Assembly: GCA_050008495.1 (NCBI GenBank)
Contig: JBEKMN010000087.1
Location: 1-23,911, forward strand
DNA: 23,911 nucleotides
Origin: Terriglobia bacterium
GTDB lineage: Bacteria > Acidobacteriota > Terriglobia > UBA7540
Reading direction: 5' to 3'
Position numbers and translations under genes: made by a program. Below the pieces are notes generated by a model. It worked only from the letters and a program-made list of their open reading frames with translations, searched no databases and was not told the DNA's origin. Positions 14,521 to 21,340 of this stretch are shown in pieces (position 1 is the stretch's first letter; each line of letters starts with the position of its first letter).

Positions 14521-15543
14521 TTAGTGGCCTTGGTGAAGGTACCTCTGTGCCTCCGCGTCTCGTTGCTCTTGCAACTCAGGCGAGTCGATAAGTTCTTTCA
14601 GTTCATCTGCGGGCACGACTATCGAAATCCCGCTGTTTGCGTTTGCGGTTCCTGTCAACGTTGTCGCAACCTCTAAGCGTAAATCCTCGGTTTCATAATA
14701 ATAACCGCTGACGACTCCGAGCAAACGATAGGAAAATCCCCCGATCATCATGGTTCCATTCCTATACCCCCCTATGTTAACGAACATCGGAGACCCGCTG
14801 TTACCGAGGAAGACGTGGGCATCGGCGAGGTAAACGCGCCCCGGTTTTCCGAGTGTAGCGTTAAGCATCTCATCAGGCATCATGGCCAGAATTCCCTGCC
14901 TAATGATCGGCTCTATCTTCTTCTGACCTGGATATTGATAAAAAAAACCACAAAACAAGACGTAGTCACCCTCTGCGATCATACTCGACGCCACGACATC
15001 CTTAGTGGCAAGAAAAGAGATTGGGACAACTTGAAAGTCGAATTTGTTCAAGTCTGGTGCTAACGGCAATACAGCCAAATCAACAGCGTCATCTTTCGGG
15101 AAGTACCAGTGGGTATCCAGCGGGATGGTACCTTCTGCAGCCGCGATGCCGTTACTTTCCTTTCTTAGGTTCAGTCGTAGGGTCTGTTTCGTTACTCGAA
15201 GCTTACGGTGTTCCTTCTCTGGCTGTGCCACGTGGCGGTTTGTCACCAAGTAAACAAATTCATTCTTGCCGAGCCGAGCATCTGGGACGCCAACGAAGAA
15301 CACAGTCGCTCGGTCCTCTACCTGCTGGTTGCCGTCCATGCAGTCCAGGGTGATAAACGCAACCGTCTTCTTCAGTAAAGTTGTTTGTGGAACGGGGGCT
15401 TGCTTCTGTTGCTGCGAAGAATCAACTTTGGCCGGGTTCGCTTGCGGTTGCGGAGCAGCATTCTGTGGTGCTTGTGCTCCAAGGACTAGTGGGAAAAGAA
15501 GCACCAATAATTGAAGTTGTGCGATTTTATTGATTCTTGACAT
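14521..15543 (-). CDS. Secreted trypsin-fold (S1/Trypsin_2-like) serine protease
   Basis: Signal peptide MSRINKIAQLQLLVLLFPLVLGAQA, then a Q/P-rich linker. Catalytic-triad candidates appear in canonical order: YLVTNRHV (His), DDAVDLAVL (Asp) and FLGNSGSPMF (Ser). GGAGAGG lies upstream of the ATG. GC content is visibly lower than in the neighbours. Confidence 0.65.
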   Translation of the reverse strand: MSRINKIAQLQLLVLLFPLVLGAQAPQNAAPQPQANPAKVDSSQQQKQAPVPQTTLLKKTVAFITLDCMDGNQQVEDRATVFFVGVPDARLGKNEFVYLVTNRHVAQPEKEHRKLRVTKQTLRLNLRKESNGIAAAEGTIPLDTHWYFPKDDAVDLAVLPLAPDLNKFDFQVVPISFLATKDVVASSMIAEGDYVLFCGFFYQYPGQKKIEPIIRQGILAMMPDEMLNATLGKPGRVYLADAHVFLGNSGSPMFVNIGGYRNGTMMIGGFSYRLLGVVSGYYYETEDLRLEVATTLTGTANANSGISIVVPADELKELIDSPELQEQRDAEAQRYLHQGH

Positions 15544-15728
15544 CTCTCACCTCTCCAAACTCGCCTCCACTGGGCTGTAGATAACCTCTGTACATTGAAC
15601 GCCCAGGACCCCAGAGCTTGCAAGAAAAATGGAAACAAGGGCCACGCGTATGCTCCAGCGCCGAGGAAGAAAAGCGGATGCCGGTTCCGTGGCGGGATCG
15701 GACTTTCTGTTCTCTCCGCATTTTTCTC

Positions 15729-15757
15729 TTGACAAATAGAGTGCCATAGGCTAGAAT
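15729..15757 (+). promoter_or_regulatory. Near-consensus sigma70-type promoter pointing rightward into the gene-free repeat region
   Basis: TTGACA (15729-15734), a 17-nt spacer, then TAGAAT (15752-15757). The predicted TSS is about 15764. No credible plus-strand CDS follows for about 900 nt. Confidence 0.5.
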
Positions 15758-15866
15758 GATGCTGTGGGGTTAGGCAGGCGGCCAGGGCCTGCCGGATGCG
15801 TTATGCTGGGAAGCCTTCCTCGGGTTTCGTCTGTGGTCCCTGCCTGTGGTTCCTGCCTTCAGCGCC

Positions 15867-16531
15867 GTCAAGAAGTCGAGGAGTCAAGGAGTCGTGGAGT
15901 TGGGTGTTCGAACCCGACTGCGACTTCATCCTTCCGGCCGCAGGCCGGCAGGTGGCCGGCCTCTCCTTGCCTCCTCGACTCCCCAGCTCTTCGACTCCAG
16001 AATTCAACGAACGATCCGGGAATGTCTATGAAAACAAAGGAAGAGGTCAAAAAGTCAAGAAGTCGAGGGGTTGAGGAGTCGAGAAGCGACAGCAGCGCGA
16101 CCAAGTTTGGGGAGAAAGTCCATAGGCGTCCCGTCGGGCAGTTGCCGGACTCTCGACTTTCGACTCTTGACTCTCAACTTTCTCGGGGAACAAAGCGAGA
16201 ATGCCTATGAAAACAAACAGTCGAGGAGTTGAGGAGTCGAAGAGTTGTGTAGTTGTGGGGCCAATTGAAGAGATCGGGCCGGATGGTGACGCTTTGTCAC
16301 TCCTCGACCTTCGACTCTCGACTTCTCGACTTGAATTCGACGGAACAAAGCGAGAATGTCTATGAAAACAAAGGACGAGGTCAAAAAGTCGTGTAGTCAA
16401 GTGCCCCCTCACCTGGCTCGCTACTCTCGCCACCCTCTCCCCAACAGGAGAGGGCCGCTGATGATGTTTGTTTTCAGTATGCAGAAATCGTGGGAACGAA
16501 CCTAAGAAGTCGTTGAAAACAAAGGAGGTCA
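15867..16531 (+). repeat. Tandem mosaic array of long imperfect palindromes, each followed by a conserved A-rich box (unknown element; possible structured ncRNA or nested MITE array)
   Basis: Three units at about 15867-16040, 16041-16218 and 16219-16373, plus a degenerate tail. The left arms carry ~8-nt periodic AGTCGAG/GAGTCAAG motifs, and the right arms carry the complementary CTCGACT/CTTGACTC motifs. The centres are unique and GC-rich. The conserved box GAATGYCTATGAAAACAAAGGAMGAGGTCAAAAAGTC occurs at 16020-16056, 16199-16218 (short) and 16354-16390, with a degenerate copy at 16514-16531 and an inverted TTTGTTTTCA at 16467-16476. Confidence 0.75.
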
Positions 16532-16665
16532 CGTTCTGTAGAGTGCAAAAACGAACCCAAAACGAACCCGGAATTGCGTGTCAAATCCCGGATTGGACCG
16601 CAGAAGTGAGCTTGACGGGCGGAGAAGTGCGGCAGCGAACGGAACAGCCTGCGGATCGATGCGCG

Positions 16666-18054
16666 CTACCTGCGGCGTTGGTACGTGAACATATACTCGG
16701 TGCGGTCGGGGTTGCGCGCGAAGATCTGGGTAGTTTCGAGCGAGTCGGCGAGGCCGTCGGCGGCCGAGCCCGGCAGCCGATCGTTCGAGAGCGCGAAGCC
16801 GCCGGGGTTCAGCATCAGCGCCATGTTCAGACGGGCCAGTGCCTGTTCGAATTCCCCGAAGTAGACAAAGACATTCGTGCCGATGATGAGATCGAAACCG
16901 GTTTGCGCTGCCCGGGCGGGACGCTCGATGACGATGTTTGTATCCAAGGGGGTGATGCGAAGCACGACGGCAGGGCGAATCTTCACGGCGCGAGTCTCGG
17001 TCGCCGCCGCGGCGGCGGCAGGAACGGCGATGGGCGGCACGGGTTCGCCGATGCTCGAGCCGAGTTTCTCCCAGTACTCGGTGAAGGCCTGGCGATATTC
17101 GTCCGTCATCCGCGCCGCGGTGTTCCAGGGAAGCTGGACGACGTAGGCGCGTCCGGCAGCCGCACTTTTCCTGGCACGCGCCATGTGAAAGTTAACCTCG
17201 GAACTGATGTCCAGGGTGTAGAGTTCGACGGAGGCCGGGTTCGAGAGGCCCAAGCGGACGAGAGAATCGAGAACCGCAAAGGGCTGAATCGTCTGCCGCG
17301 GGTAGAAATCGTTCCCCATTTCCTTGTTGGCAAAATCCAGTCCCGGCCCGACCACCGCCACACGATGCACGGAACCGGGGCTCAGCAAGCCCTTCCGGAC
17401 CATGTTCGCCAGGTGCTGGTCAATCAGAAAGTCGGGCCAGAGGTTGGTATCGAGGGAAATGCCGCGGTCCTCGAAAAGCTGGAAGCGCCCGCCGGCCTGC
17501 GTCTGGCTGATGTAGCGCCGGATTTCGTCGCGCATCCGCGCCAGGTTCGCCAGCAGGTAACTCTTGACCCGCGCCCGGTCTTTCGGCGTCGCGAAGGAGT
17601 AACCCTTCTTCTCGAGGAAGGCGCGCAGGTGCGCGACGCCCTCGTTGGCGTTGCCGGACGCCATGGCGCGCACGAGATCGTTGGCTCGATTCTCCGCGAA
17701 GGCGTTGACCAGCGTGCTCTGGCCGTACTTGAAAAGGTACGGGTCGTCGATGCGGTATTCCTTGGTGAAAGTGACCCCGAAGCGAAGCAGGTTTACAAGC
17801 GTGTCCTCTTCGCCGCGGTCGAGCCGCGCGCGGATCTCCGCATCTTCCTTGTGCATCCAGTCGGCCCAACGCTGGGCGGTGAGCGGACTGGGACCGCTCA
17901 GTTCCGCAGGAAGATTCGCGGCCGCGGCGCGGAGCAGGGGCTGCGCTTCCGCGAAAGACAAGTATTGTAGGCTATTCGAGGATTCCGCCGCCGCCCCGCC
18001 CGCAGCGCACAAGGAAGGGAGGATGAGGCATAGAAGGCAGCGTGGGAGATTCAA
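16666..18054 (-). CDS. Signal-peptide-bearing protein with a class I SAM-dependent methyltransferase-like fold
   Basis: TTG start at 18054, with GGAGGAG 4 nt upstream. Signal peptide MNLPRCLLCLILPSLCAAGGAAA. The C-terminal half carries Rossmann-MTase-like motifs: HRVAVVGPGLDF (motif I-like), VELYTLDIS (acidic motif II-like), FDLIIGTNVFVYF and LNPGGFAL. Confidence 0.5.
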   Translation of the reverse strand: MNLPRCLLCLILPSLCAAGGAAAESSNSLQYLSFAEAQPLLRAAAANLPAELSGPSPLTAQRWADWMHKEDAEIRARLDRGEEDTLVNLLRFGVTFTKEYRIDDPYLFKYGQSTLVNAFAENRANDLVRAMASGNANEGVAHLRAFLEKKGYSFATPKDRARVKSYLLANLARMRDEIRRYISQTQAGGRFQLFEDRGISLDTNLWPDFLIDQHLANMVRKGLLSPGSVHRVAVVGPGLDFANKEMGNDFYPRQTIQPFAVLDSLVRLGLSNPASVELYTLDISSEVNFHMARARKSAAAGRAYVVQLPWNTAARMTDEYRQAFTEYWEKLGSSIGEPVPPIAVPAAAAAATETRAVKIRPAVVLRITPLDTNIVIERPARAAQTGFDLIIGTNVFVYFGEFEQALARLNMALMLNPGGFALSNDRLPGSAADGLADSLETTQIFARNPDRTEYMFTYQRRR

Positions 18055-18330
18055 TCGGCTCCTCCAGGGACAAGGCCGCGCCGGCCGTCGCGAACTCCTA
18101 GCATAGCGCGAACCAAGCTTGCGCGGTGATCAATTCCAGGCGCACGTGGCATCTGTGGCGTTGATCGCGTTGCGGAAGAATGCCGTGGGGCGCCTGAGGG
18201 CTCAGGTACTAGTACCCGCCCGGCACGGTCCGATTACTTTCGTAATATTGCGTGCTGAGGTGTGCCCTGAATACAATCGGGGTCAGTTAGTGCGAGGGCT
18301 CGCGCAAACGAGCCGTTAGCATTAAATGCA

Positions 18331-18396
18331 GTGAAAATCCTCGGGACAGAGGGGGGCACACCCGGGCGGGAGACCCGACCCGGGTGCGCCCCGAGG
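18331..18396 (-). terminator. Candidate intrinsic terminator / nested hairpin after the 157-aa gene
   Basis: Read on the minus strand, the outer stem is CCTCGGG...CCCGAGG. It encloses the inner stem GCGCACCCGGG-12 nt-CCCGGGTGTGC (one mismatch). ATTTTCAC follows. The structure starts 10 nt after the stop at 18406. The T-run is short. Confidence 0.35.
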
Positions 18397-18405
18397 CTTA
18401 GTAGG

Positions 18406-18879
18406 TCAGAGGTTCACGAAGTAGTCGGCCTGCAAATTCCCAAAGCCTTCCGTGCTCACGCGTTGCCCAACCACGTTGGCGAAATAATGAAGTACTGAAG
18501 CCAGCTTGAGCGTTGCCTGCTTCTCGCCCACTTTCAGACGCCGTCGCGCTGCCAGCGAAATCAACTGCCAGCGGAAGTACACCATCAGGAGGCGTTCTTC
18601 CCGGGAATAGCGCTGGCGCGCCCCTGCCGTATTCTTCAGCAGATAGGTCAGCGCGAGAAAGTCGCATTTGAGCATCCGGGGCAACCGCGAATAGTCGAGC
18701 GTGGCGCCGGAATCCGCCAGCGCCTTTTGCAGCGAGGGAAACTCCAAACGGATCACGCTGGCGATGGATTGGAAATACTCCTGCTCAAACTGCCGGCGCA
18801 GAATCTCCTGGCAGGTGGCCTGAAAGTAGAAGAAGAACATGGCCATCGAGAGCGCCAAAATGAGGCACGAGAGAATCAT
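18406..18879 (-). CDS. Small hypothetical protein with an N-terminal membrane anchor
   Basis: 157 aa. GAGGAGGAAA lies upstream of the ATG at 18879. The hydrophobic N-terminus is MILSCLILALSMAMFFFYF and the rest is helical and basic. It sits 110 nt downstream of the GH36-like gene on the same strand. No recognised domain. Confidence 0.55.
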   Translation of the reverse strand: MILSCLILALSMAMFFFYFQATCQEILRRQFEQEYFQSIASVIRLEFPSLQKALADSGATLDYSRLPRMLKCDFLALTYLLKNTAGARQRYSREERLLMVYFRWQLISLAARRRLKVGEKQATLKLASVLHYFANVVGQRVSTEGFGNLQADYFVNL

Positions 18880-18989
18880 TCGCCTGGTTTCCTCCTCTTC
18901 ACTCTTTCGCGTAAGTTATGACATCGGCAGGCAGAGAGAGCAATGGTACTGGAGTACGTTGTCGGGATCACTCAATGAAACAGCCTGGA

Positions 18990-21137
18990 TCAGTCACTCG
19001 CTCTCCGATAGAACCAGATGGCTCCGCTGCGGGCCGGAAGGCTGAAGCTGAAGCCGTTGGCCATCAAGTCTTTTCCCGCGATCTGTCTGGTTTCGCCGCT
19101 TTCGCCGTTTTCGAAAACGTACGTCGAGCTCGAATCGAGTGCCTTCGGATGGATCATGAGCGTCTCTTCCTGCGATGCCGGCAAGCGGATCGCCTGGACA
19201 AATCCTTGGCCTTTTTCGGGGCTGTCGAACTGCCAGGCGACCCATTGGTCTGGACTTCGGCGGAAAGGCGTATGAGGATAGTAATCAGCATACAGAATCA
19301 GGCCGGCAGCGCGGCGCCAGACGGCGATCATTTTTCGAGCCTTCGCAAAATCGTAATCGTCGCGCTTGATGTCCAGCCCTAAAGCCAACATCGGAGCCAT
19401 GGCGCAGTGATAGGCGTAGCTGTCGACCTGTTTGTCGAACCGGCCCGGCTTGTCAATGTCCCAGGAGAGTGTGACGTCCTTGAAATAAGGCAGCCACTCG
19501 AAGAGAGTCTGGTGGAATGAGAGTTTGATGGCGTGATACCCGTAACCGTAGTCGGAATAGTGCAGCGGCACAGCACGGCGCATAGTTTCAAGATCGTTGC
19601 GGCGGCCTCCGCTGGCGCAGGAATCGATCCACAGGCCGGGATTCCTCGCCAGCAAGTCATCCCAGTACTTCAGGTAGCCCTGCACGTGCAGGTTCTCGTT
19701 GATTCCCTGCCGGTCCTCAGCCTCATTCTCGCGCCAGTATTCGAGCGGCTCGAAATTGAAATCCTGCCGGTAGACTTTGATGCCATTCTCCTTGATGAGC
19801 CGGCACACGTGCTCGGTCAGCCATTCACGACCGTCGGGGTTGCCGAGGTTCAGAAGACTATTCTCATTGCCCTTCAGAATGAGCAGCCATTCCGGGTGTT
19901 CGCGACTAAGTTCGGTGCCCTGCCGGACTCTTTCCGGCTCGAACCAAACCAACAGGCCGGCGCCGTTCCGCGTTGCCAAATCGGATACCGGCTTGAAGCC
20001 GTGGGGGAACCTCTCAGGATCGGGTTCCCAGGTGCCAGTGTTCGGCCAGTGCCCGCCACACGGATACCACCCCGCATCGATCCACCAAATGTCAAAGTTA
20101 AAGCCGAGCCGTTTGAACTTATCCATATACCGGAGCTGGTTCTCCTCCGTCGCGCGGGTGAATTCCTCACCCTCATCCGTGGCAGCAGCAGCCAGCAGTG
20201 GCTTCAGAGGTTGACCGCTGGGCCGGGGCAGAATGTGAGCAAGGTACCAGCGGCGCCACAGGTTCACCGCTCGGGATGCGTCGCCTGACCACGTCAAGAC
20301 GGTCATGCGTGGTGTGCGGATGCGTTCGCCGGGTCTTAATCGCAGGTTGGTTTTCTGCTGACCCGCTCGTACCTGAACGCCGTCGGGCGCTCCATCGAAT
20401 TGGATGGCCCACTGTGCCGGCCAGCCGATGGCGAGCGACAGTCCCCACTTGTCGAACATGATGCGATAGTAAGGGAACGCACCGTCGCTGGGCCGGCCCC
20501 CGTTGGGCGCAAAACTGGCCGATGCTCCGTTATCCAGGCCCTTCACGGTTGGCGTGTACCCTGTCTCGCTGTAGAAATCGCCATTGTTCGAGTAGAGCAC
20601 CGGCTTGGAACCTTGGAGTTTTCCATCCAGGGCCAGAACCTCGCGGATGATCGGCGTGGGTCCGCGTCCTTCATTGCTGAACCATGCCACCCATTCCGTC
20701 ACCGGAAAGTCCTTGTACTCCGTGCACTCCACCCGAACGTGCAGGCCCGTCTTGGGATCGGTGCCCTCGAAATCTGTTTCGACGCGACTGTTGTCGATCG
20801 CCTGTCGGGATACTTCCGGGTGCCACGCGGGCGGTATGCCGTGTAGGGGTTTGCCGTCCAGCACGAAAGAGATGGGAAGATCGGCGGCGCGGGAAAAGAA
20901 CTGTTTCGCCCAGGCCCGGCTCCGCGTCATGTCCGCGGGATTGGGCGCTGCCGGTATGCCGTGCGTCGTTCTGCTTGCAACCTTGGCCTTGGTCGCCGCC
21001 TGGATAGTTCCCGCGTAGGCCGGCCGGCCAAGGAAGTCGCACATCAGCGCGCTCATCGCTAACAAAACTGCTAGTGGCGCAAGCGTGTTCTCTAATGCAC
21101 TCCATCGGTTGTTTTTGGTAGTCATGGCGCGTATCAC
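18990..21137 (-). CDS. Secreted glycoside hydrolase, GH36-like alpha-galactosidase (clan GH-D)
   Basis: 715 aa with a signal-like N-terminus (LAPLAVLLAMSALMCDFLGRPAYAG). GIKVYRQDFNFEP resembles the K.D nucleophile motif. WIDSCASGGRRNDLETM resembles the C-SGGG-R.D acid/base motif of melibiase-type enzymes. The start is either GTG at 21137 or ATG at 21125. Confidence 0.6.
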   Translation of the reverse strand: MIRAMTTKNNRWSALENTLAPLAVLLAMSALMCDFLGRPAYAGTIQAATKAKVASRTTHGIPAAPNPADMTRSRAWAKQFFSRAADLPISFVLDGKPLHGIPPAWHPEVSRQAIDNSRVETDFEGTDPKTGLHVRVECTEYKDFPVTEWVAWFSNEGRGPTPIIREVLALDGKLQGSKPVLYSNNGDFYSETGYTPTVKGLDNGASASFAPNGGRPSDGAFPYYRIMFDKWGLSLAIGWPAQWAIQFDGAPDGVQVRAGQQKTNLRLRPGERIRTPRMTVLTWSGDASRAVNLWRRWYLAHILPRPSGQPLKPLLAAAATDEGEEFTRATEENQLRYMDKFKRLGFNFDIWWIDAGWYPCGGHWPNTGTWEPDPERFPHGFKPVSDLATRNGAGLLVWFEPERVRQGTELSREHPEWLLILKGNENSLLNLGNPDGREWLTEHVCRLIKENGIKVYRQDFNFEPLEYWRENEAEDRQGINENLHVQGYLKYWDDLLARNPGLWIDSCASGGRRNDLETMRRAVPLHYSDYGYGYHAIKLSFHQTLFEWLPYFKDVTLSWDIDKPGRFDKQVDSYAYHCAMAPMLALGLDIKRDDYDFAKARKMIAVWRRAAGLILYADYYPHTPFRRSPDQWVAWQFDSPEKGQGFVQAIRLPASQEETLMIHPKALDSSSTYVFENGESGETRQIAGKDLMANGFSFSLPARSGAIWFYRRASD

Positions 21138-21340
21138 ACTACCGCGAGAGCCTGCCGTTGTCTATGGGGATCTTGCGCCAGCTCAGGAGATGGTAAACGT
21201 CGAGTCCAATGCAGAAGAGATCGATGGGAACAGAGCCAGGCTGACCCGTTCTCCTGCCAATGTTCCTTAATTCGCCTCGCAAGCTCGGCTCCCACAGCCA
21301 TCATCCGACTACGAGGCCCGCGAGGACCGGAGGGTTTAGC

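Noticed and set aside
16111-16126. GGAGAAAGTCCATAGG resembles the RNase P RNA conserved region GAGGAAAGTCCGGGCTCCATAGGGCA.
   Set aside because: Only a short partial match. The GGGCUCC segment and all other RNase P conserved regions are missing. The AAGTC core is just the local repeat motif.
16024-16480. Chain of small ORFs inside the array with similar ends (MSMKTKEEVKKS..., MPMKTNSRGVEES..., MSMKTKDEVKKS..., each ending ..GTKRECL*), which could be a tandem peptide family.
   Set aside because: The similarity merely reflects the DNA repeat. The middles encode both arms of a palindrome (SRSRGVEESRS / DSRLSTLDSQLS). There is no Shine-Dalgarno, and the frames shift between units. A non-coding origin is more parsimonious.
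15867-16531. CRISPR array or integron cassette array as an explanation for the tandem repeats.
   Set aside because: The conserved boxes are 151-179 nt apart, and the intervening 'spacers' themselves contain the inverted arm repeats. There are no cas genes. There are no cassette ORFs and no intI gene. The only GTTRRRY-like core I found is a single GTTGGGT, so the attC model does not hold either.
15867-16531. Csr/Rsm-type sponge RNA, based on the many GGA motifs in the array (AAGGAAGAGG, GAGGAGTC, etc.).
   Set aside because: I count about 17 GGA in about 665 nt, against roughly a dozen expected from base composition. They are not preferentially placed in predicted loops, so the enrichment is not convincing.
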